Notes: generated by a model not told the origin, from the letters alone. DNA of 64,000 nucleotides from Patescibacteria group bacterium (GCA_035638115.1 DASRAN010000075.1:28252-92251), one strand, 5' to 3'. Positions 28,762 to 39,123 are shown, counted from the first letter of the stretch. A program made the numbers and translations.

Positions 28762-28987
28762 CTATCCTCGCCGGCGCCGCCGGAACGGCCCGACACCAGC
28801 GATCGGGGCCACACGGGTTACAGGATTGCAACCGGGCATGCAGGGAAACCCCCGGCACGGGGCGGCGAATGCGTCCGCGGCACGCTCCCGCGAACCTGCC
28901 CGATTCTAAGGCCAAACCGACCCGCCCCGCCCCCAAAGATAGGTTGCCCGAGGCCTTTAGGCACCCTCGGCCGCTCGCGCCGCGCGG

Positions 28988-29016
28988 TTGACAGCCCCGC
29001 CCGCGCCTCTTATCGT
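28988..29016 (+). promoter_or_regulatory. Sigma70-like promoter TTGACA-N17-TATCGT
   Basis: TTGACA at 28988..28993 and TATCGT at 29011..29016. The ATG at 29024 lies only 8 bp past the -10, so the transcript would be leaderless or have a very short leader. Confidence 0.5.
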
Positions 29017-29023
29017 CCCGGCC

Positions 29024-31381
29024 ATGTCCGAGGGCGGTCCAGCCAGGCGCGACCCGGTTTTCCCCGCCATCGGGGTCATCAGCCTCGCGGTCCTGATCCT
29101 GGAGCTGGCCCTGACGCGGCTCTTCTCCGCCACCCTGCACTACCACTTCGCCTTCATGGCCATCTCGCTGGCCCTGCTCGGCTCCGGGAGCGCCGGGGTG
29201 GCGATCTACCTGGCGCAGGACCGGCTGCGCCTTGCGGGATGGGAGACCTGGGGGGCCCGTGCCGCCGTCCTCTTCGCGTTGACGACGGTCACGGCCCTGC
29301 TCGCCGTGCTCCTGCTGTCCCCGGGGGTCGAGGGGACCGCCGGCAACGGGGCCCGCATCGCCGCCATCTACGTGGCCTGCGTGCTGCCCTTCTTCTGCGC
29401 CGGCTGCGCCGTCACGCTCGCGGTGATGAGCCGCGCGGCGGCGATCGCCCGGCTGTATCGATTCGACCTGGCGGGGGCCGCCGCCGGCTGCCTGCTCCTG
29501 GTCCCGCTGCTCGATCGGATCGGCGGCGTGAACACGATCCTGGTCGTGCCGGTCGCCGCCGCCTGCGGCGGGGCGCTCTTCGGACGGGCGCCGGGGGCCG
29601 CGCCCCGGGAGGCGCGGCGCGCGCTGGCGGTCGCCGCCGCGGCCGCGGCTCTTTTGGGCCTGAACCTCGCGACCGGCTGGATCGACGTGCGCCAGGCCAA
29701 GGGAACGCGGGAGACGCACGTGCTGCTGTCGCGCTGGAACTCGTTCTCCCGCGTGACGGTGACGCCCGCCGAGGGGTCGGGGCTCGAGATCCGGATCGAC
29801 GCCGACGCCTCCACCCTCGTCACCGCCGGCGCGGGCGAGGTGTCGCGCCACCCCGAGGCGCGCGATCGCCTGACCGCGCTGCCCTACGCCGTCATGCGGC
29901 GGCCGAGCGTGCTGGTGATGGGACCGGGCGGCGGGGACGACGTGATGGTGGCGCGCTTCCACGACGCCCGCGCCGTCACCGCCGTCGAGATCAATCCGAT
30001 CATCGCGCGCGACATCATGTCGAGCGAGCCATATCTCTCCTTCTCCGGCGGGCTCTTCCGGCGCCCCGGCGTCCGCCTCGTGGTCGACGACGCGCGCAGC
30101 TTCATCAGCCGCTCGGAGGAGCGCTTCGATCTGATCCAGGGGACCATGGTCGACACCTGGGCGGCGACCGCGGCCGGCGCCTTCGCCCTCACCGAGAACC
30201 ACCTCTACACGGTGGAGGCGTTCCAGGACTACGACCGCCACCTCGCCGACGACGGCGTCCTCTCCCTGACCCGCTGGTACTTCGAGCCGCCCGACCAGGT
30301 CCTGCGTCTGGTGTCGCTGGCGCGCGAGGTGATGCGCCGCCGCGGCGTGACCGACCCGGCGTCGCACCTGGTGATCGTCCGGGATCGCGCCCGCAGCGAC
30401 CCGCGCACGCCGGCGATGTTCCTCTACAAGAAGAGCGCCTTCACCGATGAGGAGGTGAAGGCGCTCGAGGGTTTCGCCTCCTGGCACCAGTTCACCGTCC
30501 TCTACTCGCCGGCCACGCGACCGGCGAACGATTTCACGCGCCTCGCCGAGGCGGAGCGTCCGGAGACCGTCTGGTCCGCCTACCCGACGAACATCGCCCC
30601 GACGACCGACGACAGCCCGTTCTTCTTCAACAGCGTGCGGCCGGGCGACCTGCTCCACCTGGCGGACAAGGCGCCGGAGTGGCGCAAGACCAACGTCGGC
30701 ACGCTCATCCTGTTCCTGCTGTTCGCGCTGGTGGCGGCCCTGGTCGCGGTCCTGGTGGTCGGCCCGCTCCTCCTCGCGCGCCGGCGCGCCGCCGTGCCCG
30801 CCGGCGCCGCTCCCTGGCTGGCCTACTTCCTCTGTCTCGGGGCCGGCTTCATCCTCGTCGAGGTGGCGCTGGTGCAGCGCTTCATCCTCTTTCTCGGGCC
30901 GCCGGTCTATGCCCTGACCGTGGTGCTGTTCTCGCTTTTGCTCTTCGGCGGTCTCGGGAGCGGCCTGTCGGCGCGGATCGCGGGCGAGCGCGTCGCCCGG
31001 CGGCTGGGGCTCGTCCTGCTGGCGGTCTGCGGCGCCGCCGTGCTGGCCGCGTTCGCGCTCTCGCCGCTGGTCCACGCCCTGGTGCACCTGGGACGCCCCG
31101 CGCGCATCGCCCTGTCGGTCGCCCTGATCGCCCCGCTCGCCACCTTGATGGGGATGCCGATGCCGACGGGTCTGCGGATGCTGCGGGCGGCGGCCCCGGA
31201 TCTGCTTCCCTGGGCCTGGGGGCTCAACGGGGCGGCGTCGGTGCTCGGCTCGGTCGGCGCGCTGATCATCGCCATCGCCGCCGGGTTCGACGCGACCCTG
31301 CTCGCCGGGGCGGCGTTCTATCTCGCCGGCTGGATAGCGCTCGCCCGCGTCAGCTCTTCAGCCGCACGCGCGCCAGGTTGA
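29024..31381 (+). CDS. Polytopic membrane protein with embedded spermidine-synthase-like (aminopropyltransferase/SAM-MTase fold) domain
   Basis: 785 aa. Multiple TM helices flank a central VLVMGPGGGDD...VEINP...VVDDARSF...DLIQGTMVDTW...GVLSL block, which reads as a spermidine synthase fold. Confidence 0.7.
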   Translation: MSEGGPARRDPVFPAIGVISLAVLILELALTRLFSATLHYHFAFMAISLALLGSGSAGVAIYLAQDRLRLAGWETWGARAAVLFALTTVTALLAVLLLSPGVEGTAGNGARIAAIYVACVLPFFCAGCAVTLAVMSRAAAIARLYRFDLAGAAAGCLLLVPLLDRIGGVNTILVVPVAAACGGALFGRAPGAAPREARRALAVAAAAAALLGLNLATGWIDVRQAKGTRETHVLLSRWNSFSRVTVTPAEGSGLEIRIDADASTLVTAGAGEVSRHPEARDRLTALPYAVMRRPSVLVMGPGGGDDVMVARFHDARAVTAVEINPIIARDIMSSEPYLSFSGGLFRRPGVRLVVDDARSFISRSEERFDLIQGTMVDTWAATAAGAFALTENHLYTVEAFQDYDRHLADDGVLSLTRWYFEPPDQVLRLVSLAREVMRRRGVTDPASHLVIVRDRARSDPRTPAMFLYKKSAFTDEEVKALEGFASWHQFTVLYSPATRPANDFTRLAEAERPETVWSAYPTNIAPTTDDSPFFFNSVRPGDLLHLADKAPEWRKTNVGTLILFLLFALVAALVAVLVVGPLLLARRRAAVPAGAAPWLAYFLCLGAGFILVEVALVQRFILFLGPPVYALTVVLFSLLLFGGLGSGLSARIAGERVARRLGLVLLAVCGAAVLAAFALSPLVHALVHLGRPARIALSVALIAPLATLMGMPMPTGLRMLRAAAPDLLPWAWGLNGAASVLGSVGALIIAIAAGFDATLLAGAAFYLAGWIALARVSSSAARAPG

Positions 31382-32258
31382 CCGCCGCCACGCCCCCCAG
31401 GATCACCAGCGTCCCGAGGATCATGAATCCGTCGATCGGCTCGCCGAGCACGAGCGCGCCGAGTCCGACCGCGATCACCGGATTGACGTAGGCGTAGGTC
31501 GACACCTTCACGGCGGGGACGTGCGACAGGAGCCACATGTAGGCCGAGTACCCGAACAGCGATCCGGCCACCACCAGCCAGGCGACGGCGAGCGTGGCGC
31601 GCGGGGTGGGATGGAAGCGGGCCGCCTCGCCGAGCGCCAGCCCGAGACCGACGAGCGCCAGCCCGGCGATCAGCATCTCGAGCGCCACCGCCATCAGCGG
31701 CGCCACGTCGCGCACGCGGTGCTTGGAATAGATCGAGCCCGCCGTCCAGCAGAGGTTGGCCCCCATCAGCATCGCCTCGCCCTTCATCTCCCCCAGTCCG
31801 CGCGCCTCGAGAACCCTCAGCTTCGGCCACATCAGGATGAGCGTCCCCGCGAAGCCGATGCCGATCCCGACAATGCCGAGCCCGGTGATCCGCTCCCCGC
31901 CGCGACGCATCGCCTCGAACATCACCATGAAGAACGGCAGGTTCGCGACGATCACCGCGGCCATGCCGGACGGCACGGTCCTCTCCGCCATCGTGACCAG
32001 GAGATTGCCGCCGAACAGGAGCAGGAGCCCGGTCGCCGCGATGGGACCCAGCATGGCGCGCGGCGGCAGCGGCACGCGGCGCAACAGGAGAAAGACGAGC
32101 AGGATCACCCCCGCCGTCAGGAAGCGCGTGCCGGCCATCAGGGCGGGCGGCAGAACGCTCACGCCGGCGCGGATCGCCATGTAGGTGGATCCCCACAAGA
32201 CATAGACGGCGGCGAAGTTGAGCCCCACCAGGAAGGCGTGGCGTCGTCCGGCCGGGGT
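31350..32258 (-). CDS. EamA/DMT family transporter
   Basis: Only the C-terminal roughly 300 aa of the listed 31350..33731 ORF are membrane-transporter-like (two EamA repeats). The rest is antisense to the real plus-strand genes at 32385..33791. The start is uncertain: my reading of the text near 32220-32280 disagrees in frame with the supplied translation. Confidence 0.6.
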   Translation of the reverse strand, partial: TPAGRRHAFLVGLNFAAVYVLWGSTYMAIRAGVSVLPPALMAGTRFLTAGVILLVFLLLRRVPLPPRAMLGPIAATGLLLLFGGNLLVTMAERTVPSGMAAVIVANLPFFMVMFEAMRRGGERITGLGIVGIGIGFAGTLILMWPKLRVLEARGLGEMKGEAMLMGANLCWTAGSIYSKHRVRDVAPLMAVALEMLIAGLALVGLGLALGEAARFHPTPRATLAVAWLVVAGSLFGYSAYMWLLSHVPAVKVSTYAYVNPVIAVGLGALVLGEPIDGFMILGTLVILGGVAAVNLARVRLKS

Positions 32259-32384
32259 GGTCAAGGTGCGGGAGCGGGGGGGCGCGACCGGAACATGTTG
32301 GCGACGGATTCTATCCGTCCCCGGGGCGCCGCGGCAACGACCCGGCCCGGGTGCGTCCCGGGCGTCGTGTAGAATGGGCGCGCT

Positions 32385-33125
32385 ATGTCGTCTCCCGGCG
32401 TCTTCAAGTGGCCGTCGCTGCTCGTCGTCATGCGTCACGCCCAGAGCGAGGCGAACCTGCACCGCGAGCGGCTCGACCGCGCCGACAGCCCCGAGACCCA
32501 CGTCCACATCGCCACCCGCGACGTCGACGTGCCGCTCACCGACGAAGGACGGCGCCAGGCGGGCGAGACCGGGCGCGATCTCTCCTCGCAATTCGGCCCG
32601 TTCGACGCGGTCTACGTCTCGCCCTACCGCCGCACGCGCGACACCGCCGAGCTGGTGGTCGCCGCGCTCCAGCCACGACCGCCCTGCATCATCGAGGAGC
32701 GGATCCGCGAGCGCGAGTTCGGGGTGCTCGAGGGGCTGACGCGGCGCGGCGTGCGCCAGCTCCATCCCGAGGAGGTCGAGCGCAAGCAGCGGGTCGGGAA
32801 GTATTACTACCGCCCGCCCGGGGGCGAGTCGTACCCCGACGTGAATCTCCGGGTGCATTCGCTGCTCGGCACCCTCGTGCGCGAGAACGCCGGGCAGAGG
32901 ATCCTCGTCGTCACCCACAGCGTCGTGGTCCTGTCGTTCCGCCGCCTTCTGGAGCGTCTCGACGAGGACAAGGTGCTGGAGCTCGATCGGCACGACGAGC
33001 CGAAGAACGCCTCCCTCTCGGTCTACGCGAGCGTCGCCGGGGAGACGGGCGGCAGCGGCCTGATGCTGCGGGAATGGAACAGGACGCCCTGGTCGGCCGG
33101 CGCCGGCCGGCTGGCGTCCGTCTGA
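32385..33125 (+). CDS. Histidine phosphatase family protein (phosphoglycerate-mutase-like)
   Basis: RHAQSEAN motif with a catalytic His, and a ...HS... motif later. Confidence 0.75.
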   Translation: MSSPGVFKWPSLLVVMRHAQSEANLHRERLDRADSPETHVHIATRDVDVPLTDEGRRQAGETGRDLSSQFGPFDAVYVSPYRRTRDTAELVVAALQPRPPCIIEERIREREFGVLEGLTRRGVRQLHPEEVERKQRVGKYYYRPPGGESYPDVNLRVHSLLGTLVRENAGQRILVVTHSVVVLSFRRLLERLDEDKVLELDRHDEPKNASLSVYASVAGETGGSGLMLREWNRTPWSAGAGRLASV

Positions 33126-33134
33126 GGAGGAACG

Positions 33135-33791
33135 ATGGGCACCGATCTGATCCTGTACGTCGGCGAGAAGAACATCTCCTCCTGGTCGATGCGCGGCTGG
33201 CTGGCGGTCACCCACAAGGGCGTGCCGTTCGAGGAGCGCACCATCCCGCTCAAAGAGGACAAGGACCGCAGCCGGCGCCGGAAGGTCTCCCCGACGGGCC
33301 GGCTCCCGGTGCTGCATCACGGATCGATCGTCGTCCCCGATTCCCTCGCCATCGTGGAGTATCTCGAGGAGACTTTCCCCGCTCCGGCGCACCCCGCGCT
33401 CTGGCCCGCCGACCGCGGGGCCCGGGCGCACGCGCGCTGGCTGGCGGCGGCGATGCACTCCGGGTTCATGAAGCTGCGGGAAGGGATGTCGTTCAACACC
33501 TGCTTCCTGCCGAAGCGCAAGCCGGCCGGGGCGGAAGCGCTCGCGGAGGCCGCCGAGATGCTGGCGCTGTTCGAGGACGCGCTCCGCGGCGGGACGGGAC
33601 CGTTCCTGTTCGGCTCCTACGGCGGCGTCGACGCGATCTATGCCCCGGCGATCGTGCGTCTGGTGGCCTACGAGGTCCCGACCGCCTCGACCCCGAAAGC
33701 GGCCGCCTACCTGCGCGCGGTCCTCGCGCACGAGCCGGTGAGCCGCTGGCTCGACGCGGCACGCGCGCTGCCTCCGGCCGAGACCTACTGA
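33135..33791 (+). CDS. Glutathione S-transferase
   Basis: The 218-aa protein has a thioredoxin-like N-domain (ILYVGEKNISSWSMRGW) and an alpha-helical C-domain. RBS GGAGG precedes the ATG. Confidence 0.8.
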   Translation: MGTDLILYVGEKNISSWSMRGWLAVTHKGVPFEERTIPLKEDKDRSRRRKVSPTGRLPVLHHGSIVVPDSLAIVEYLEETFPAPAHPALWPADRGARAHARWLAAAMHSGFMKLREGMSFNTCFLPKRKPAGAEALAEAAEMLALFEDALRGGTGPFLFGSYGGVDAIYAPAIVRLVAYEVPTASTPKAAAYLRAVLAHEPVSRWLDAARALPPAETY

Positions 33792-33838
33792 GCGGGCGCG
33801 GGAGGGACGCGGGCGTGGCGGAGCGGGCGATCCGGATC

Positions 33839-34198
33839 ATGGCGAACGGCGTGCGCCTGTACGCCATCCTGAACGACTCCCCCGCGGCCTCCCTGCTCTG
33901 GGAGGCGCTGCCCCTTTCGGGAACGGCCCGCGTCGCCGACGGCGAGGTGGCGTTCGACGCCGACCTGGCGGGATCCGCCGGGCCGGCGGCGGCCGGCGCC
34001 GACACGAAGACGGGCAACGTTCTCTATCACGCGCGCCAGAAGCGCGTGGCGCTGGTCTACTCCCCGGCCGGAGCAGAGGGCGCGCCGCGCCGGCCCGATC
34101 CCGAGGCGCAGGTCTGCGGACGGATCACCGGCGACGCGTCACGCCTGGCGCGCGTCGGCGCGGGCACGCGCGTCGTGCTGACCGCGCTCGCGGACTGA
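33839..34198 (+). CDS. Small hypothetical protein (possible cyclophilin-like fold)
   Basis: 119 aa from the ATG at 33839 (an alternative GTG lies at 33815). Strong GC3 bias and intergenic placement. The fold guess is weak. Confidence 0.4.
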   Translation: MANGVRLYAILNDSPAASLLWEALPLSGTARVADGEVAFDADLAGSAGPAAAGADTKTGNVLYHARQKRVALVYSPAGAEGAPRRPDPEAQVCGRITGDASRLARVGAGTRVVLTALAD

Positions 34199-34228
34199 GA
34201 CGCGCCGGCAGCGCCGCCGGGCGCCCGA

Positions 34229-35743
34229 CTACCAGGAGTAGTTGACGCGGTAGGTGACGACCTTCTCGCCGTCCGGCGGCACTTTCACCTTGAACTCGAT
34301 CGTCCGCGCGTCGGTCTTGTTGTACGGGTCGGACGACAGCCCGATCTTCCAGGACGACCAGCGGTACAGGTGCTCGACCACCCGGACCTCGACCGCCTCC
34401 TTCTTGTGGTTCCGCACCTTGATCTCGAACGCCTCGCTGGCGGTCTGCCGGCTGCTGTCGACCTTGAAGTCGGTCTGCTTTCTCTGCGCCTTCAGATCGA
34501 AGGCGTTGCCCAGGAGCAGCCTGACGGTCTCGTCGGCCGGTGTGTGGTCGATGGCGTTCTCGCCGATGAACTCGCGCCGGCCGTCCTCGTCGGCGCGGTA
34601 GATCTTCATCGTCCCCTTCGGCAGCGGCAGACCGAGCCCCGACGCCTTGTCGTTGCGGAACTCGAGGGTGGTCGCCACCTTGGTGTTCCCCTCGGCGCCG
34701 TACGACGGGTTGGCGCGCGCCGCGTCGCTCACGTAGCCGCCAAGCGCGATCGCCTGCGCGCCGTCGTAGACATAGAGCCTCTTCCCCGGCACGCCGGCGC
34801 GGCGGCAGAACTCCACCTGCTTGGTCTCGCGCTCCCGCAGCGTGGTCGGCTCGCTCAGGGTGTAGAGGTGGTACTCGTCGAACGACTTCTCGGTGACCGC
34901 GGGAGCGGCCCCCGCCATCTCCGACCGCATCGCCTTGCCGGCCATCTCGTACATCGCCGGCTGGATCTTGCTGACGTCGCCGGCCATCAGCTTGACACGC
35001 GCGTCGGGGAACTCGGCGCCGCTCTCGTTCTCGAGCGTCACCCAGCCGACCAGGTCGAAGTCGTCCCCGCGCTCCGGCGCCACCAGGTTGTAGGTCGCCT
35101 CCCAGCGCAGGCCGCCCGTGAGATACGACACCTCGAGCTCGCGCGTCCCCGACCCGGCCGACCAGAGGCGCCACAGGAGCGTCGGCCGCAGGATGGCGTC
35201 GTCGGCGAGAGGCTCGAAGAGCGGCTGACCCGGCAACGCGAACATCACCTTGCCGTTGACCTCGACGATCGGGGAGGTCGGCGAGGTCTCGACCCCGAAC
35301 GGCTGGTAGCCGCGCGCCATCCGCCAGCCGGCCGCCTGTCCCGTGTACCCGCTGCGGATGATCCGGCCGCTGGTGATCTCGACCGCGCCCGTCGCCGGGT
35401 TGATGGAGCGGAACGGGATCGTCTTCCCTTCCGAGCGCTTCAGGAGCGCGCCCTCGCTGAGCGGCTCGGCCTCGTAGTTCTGCTCCAGGATGCGCACCGC
35501 GCCGGCGTCCTTCAGGTCCCGGAGGATCACCGAATCGGGCTCCACGAGGGAGGTGACGTCGGCGAACCGCGCCTCGTTGGCCCCCTGTTTGAGGCTCAAG
35601 GAGCGCGTCTCCTTCACCAGAGCGAAGTCGCTGTTGTAGATCGTCAGCTGCACCTCGCGCCCCGCGGCCTCGGCCCGCGTGGCCGGGGCCGCCGTCAGGA
35701 CGAAAAGCGCCGCCGCCGCGATCCCGCGTCTCGTGGTCGTCAT
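34229..35743 (-). CDS. DUF4139 (with N-terminal DUF4140) domain secreted protein
   Basis: 504 aa with a signal peptide (MTTTRRGIAAAALFVLTAAPATRA). The length and motif pattern fit the conserved DUF4139 family. Confidence 0.65.
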   Translation of the reverse strand: MTTTRRGIAAAALFVLTAAPATRAEAAGREVQLTIYNSDFALVKETRSLSLKQGANEARFADVTSLVEPDSVILRDLKDAGAVRILEQNYEAEPLSEGALLKRSEGKTIPFRSINPATGAVEITSGRIIRSGYTGQAAGWRMARGYQPFGVETSPTSPIVEVNGKVMFALPGQPLFEPLADDAILRPTLLWRLWSAGSGTRELEVSYLTGGLRWEATYNLVAPERGDDFDLVGWVTLENESGAEFPDARVKLMAGDVSKIQPAMYEMAGKAMRSEMAGAAPAVTEKSFDEYHLYTLSEPTTLRERETKQVEFCRRAGVPGKRLYVYDGAQAIALGGYVSDAARANPSYGAEGNTKVATTLEFRNDKASGLGLPLPKGTMKIYRADEDGRREFIGENAIDHTPADETVRLLLGNAFDLKAQRKQTDFKVDSSRQTASEAFEIKVRNHKKEAVEVRVVEHLYRWSSWKIGLSSDPYNKTDARTIEFKVKVPPDGEKVVTYRVNYSW

Positions 35744-35852
35744 CGCAGGCCCTCCGCGGCGGAACCGGTGACGCGCGATCCGCCGCGCGTGCCGCCGCCG
35801 GGGGCAAGCATAACAAAGCTCGTCGTGGAGGACGTGTCCGGCGCGGGGGAGG

Positions 35853-38800
35853 CTAGTTGCGCAGGCCGCGCTCGACCCAGCCGACCAGCTCGGTCATCCC
35901 GAACGGCTTCGGGAGCAGGCCGATGGCGCCCTCGAGCACGGCCTGGTGCGCCTGCTGGCTGTGGGCGTGACCGGAGCAGAGGAGGATCCGGGCCTTGCGA
36001 TCCATGCCGGTCAGCCGCCGGAAGGTCTCGAGACCGCCCAGACGCGGCATGATCATGTCGAGCACCACGAGCGAGATCGTGCCCCACTCGCGGCGGTAGA
36101 TGTCGAGCGCCTCGATGCCGTCGGCGGCGAGCAGCACCTCGTAGCCGCGGCTCCTGAGCATCTCCCCGGTCATCTCGCGCAGCACCGACTCGTCGTCCAC
36201 CACCAGGATCCGCACCTGGCCGGCGGCGCCACCCTGCGACCGCACCCGCATCGTGCTCGCGGGCGCCCCCTCGCCGCGAGCCGGGTCGCCGGCCGCATCG
36301 CCGGCCGCATCACCGGCGCCGTCCCCGCCCGCCGCGCCATCGCTCCGCGTGAGGGCGTCCGGCGCGGCGGCGTCCCGCGCGTCCCCGTCCGCGGCGCCGG
36401 GCGCCGCGGCGTCGAGGTCGGGAGCCAAGTCCGTCACCTCCGTCACGCGTGGATCGACGCTCGCCGGCGCGGGCTGGGCGACCGGGAGATAGAGACGCAC
36501 CGCCGTGCCGACGCCGGGTGCGCTGCTCAGCGCCACGTGACCTCCGAGGCGGCGGACGATCTCGCGCACCACGGTGAGCCCGAGCCCGCTCCCTTGCGAC
36601 ACCGGTTTGGTGGTGTAGAACGGCTCGAAGACGCGATCGAGCACCTCGGGGGTCATGCCGGTGCCGTTGTCGCTGACCACGACCGAGAGGTAATCGCCGG
36701 GCGCCAGCCCCGGGATCGAAGCGACGCCCTGCTCGTCGAGATGGCCGGAGCGCGCCTCGAACACGATCCGCCCCCCGTCGGGCATCGCGTCGCGCGCGTT
36801 CACCGCCAGGTTCAGCAGGATCTGGCGGATCTCCCCCGCGTCGGCGTCGACCGGCGGAAGGGAGGGCGCGCAGCGCGACTCGAGGACGATCGACGGATCG
36901 ACGGTGCGGGTCAGGAGCGTCAGAGTCTCGGCGACGAGTGGCGACAGGTCGATCGGCCCCTGCTTCCCCGTCGCCCCGTGCGAGAACGCCAGGACGCTGC
37001 GGACCAGGTCGGTGGCGCGCTGCGACTGCTCCTCGATGACGGCGGCCTTGTCGTGCACCGGGTTGTAGTCCGGCACCAGGCTCCTGATGTGGCTGGCGTG
37101 ACCCATGATGGCGGTCATGGTGTTGTTCAGGGAGTGCACGACGCCCGGCGCCAGTCTGCCGAGCGACTCCATCTTCTGCGCCTGCGCGAGGAGTCCCGCG
37201 GGGGGCGGCGCTCCCGGGGCCGACGACGCGTAGGCGGCCGAGGCCGGGCCCGCGTGGGAGCGCGCCGGCGTTTCGTCGGGCGGCGCGATGACCCGCGCCT
37301 CGGTCGCGGCGGCGGCTTCGTCCGCGGGGCGCGCGTCGGCGGCCGCGTTCTCGGGGTCGGCGGAGCCCTGGGCGCACTCCAGAACCAATGCGGCCATCGC
37401 CGAGACCGCCTCGACGCCGGCGCGTACCGTCTCGAGCCCCCCGGCGTACCGGTTGGCGAGGAGCAGCACGCCGCGGACCACGCCGCCGCTGCGGCACGGC
37501 GCGACCACGACGTGGCGGAACCCGGCGTGACGGGGCCATCCGACGGCCAGGCAACTTTCGTCCGCCAGGTCGACGACGGTCGGCGCGCCGTTGGCGAGCC
37601 CCAGTGCCAGGACCGGGTCGTCCACCGGCCGCTGGTAGAGTCCCACGGCCGCCTCGTCGGGGAAGCCGCGCTGCGCGACGAGCCGCAGGCTGGGCGGCGC
37701 GCCGGTCCCGGTGGCGAGCAGGGCAGCGGCGTCCGCCGAGGCCATCTCGACCAGCCGCCCGAGGATCGCGGCGGCCCGCAGCTCCATCTCGTGCTCCGAC
37801 GAAGCGCTCGCCAGGAGGCCGGCCAGGGCGCGCTTCTCGCGCTCCAGGACGCTGCGCTCCAGCCCGTGCCGCTCGATCTGCCATTCCAGGTCGAGGCTGT
37901 GCCGCATCACGTCGGCGAGCATGCGCGCGTTGTGGATCGCCGTCCCGACCTGCCCGGCGATGGCGCGCAACAGCGCGCGCTCGCGCGGGTCGTAGGGCTT
38001 CGACTCCGAGCCGAACAGCTCGAGGATGCCGATGACGTGGCCGCGGGCCAGAAGCGGCTCGCAGGCGATGCGGCGGTAGCCGGCCCGGTGCAGGAGATCG
38101 AGACCGAACCCCGACGGATCGTCCGTGATCTCGCCGAACGCCAGCCCCTCCCCGCTCTCCCAGACCCGTCCGGACAGGCCCTCGCCCCGCCGCCAGCGCG
38201 GTAGACGCGCCACCTCGAGCCAGCGCGGGTCGCCGAAGCCGCGCGCGAAGCGCAGCACGTCGTCTCCTGCGTCGCTGGTCTCCACGAGATAGATGGCGCC
38301 CGCGGCGTGGCCGCTGGTCTCGATCGCCTTCTTCAGCGCCATCTCCACCTGGCGCTCCGAATCCAGACCCGGGGTCGCGACCGCCGCGATCGCCGCCCGC
38401 GCTTCGAGCCGGGCGTTGCGCGCCTCGAGCTCGGCGCGCGTCTCGCGCTCGTCGTCCGACAGGGCGACGGGCGACTCGGCGGCGGCCTGCGCCGCCTCGC
38501 CCAGGGCGCGCAGGCGGACGCGCTCGACGTGGTCGGCGGTTTCGGCCGCCAGGATCTCCGCCAGGATCATCGGCTCGCCGGCGAACGCGTCGGTCTCGCG
38601 CGCCACCAGGATCAGGACACCGGTCCGGCGCCCGCCGCTCCCGAGGCCGAGGACCAGGATCGATCCATATCCCAGCGCGCGGACCGCCTCCGGCAGGAAG
38701 CGGGCCGTGGCGGCTCCGGTCGGCGCGGTGAGCAGCAGGCTCCCCGCCTGGCGTCCCTGGCGCAGCGTGTCGATCTCGCGCCCGAGGGTGCGCTCCAGCA

Positions 38801-39090
38801 GGTCGGCCTCCGAGGCCGGGATGATCCGCCCCTGGCACCAGCCGACACGCATCAGCCCGTGACGCTCGTCGGCGTCGAGCAGGACGAGTCCGCAATCGAT
38901 GGCGAGGATCTCGACGATGGCGTTGATCCCGACGCGCAGCACGGCCTCGGTGGTCTGCTCCAGACCGAGGCTGGTCTGCAGCTCGCGCAGCGCCAGCAGA
39001 TCGGCGACGCGCGCCTTGGACGGCGCCGCGGGACCGGCCGGTCCGAACGTCGTGTTGAAGGGCGCGCTCAACGAGGAGGCTTCAGCCATG
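35853..39090 (-). CDS. Hybrid sensor histidine kinase / response regulator with multiple GAF domains
   Basis: ATG at 39090 (MAEASSL...). At least three GAF-like blocks, HisKA (HSLNNTMTAI), HATPase (DNGTGM, GSGLGL), a D/A/G-rich linker, and a C-terminal REC domain (VVDDE...DMIMP...K). Confidence 0.85.
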
Positions 39091-39123
39091 ATGGTAGAAT
39101 TCCCGTTCTCCCGCGGAGACCGC

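Noticed and set aside
27013-31087. Upstream 4 kb of the listed 1687-aa minus ORF 26024..31087.
   Set aside because: Only the last roughly 330 codons (from the GTG at 27012) encode a NodB deacetylase. The remainder is antisense to the real genes 27007..28761 (other frame) and 29024..31381.
32259-33731. N-terminal roughly 490 codons of the listed 793-aa minus ORF 31350..33731.
   Set aside because: This stretch is antisense to the histidine phosphatase and GST genes. Only the C-terminal EamA transporter part is genuine.
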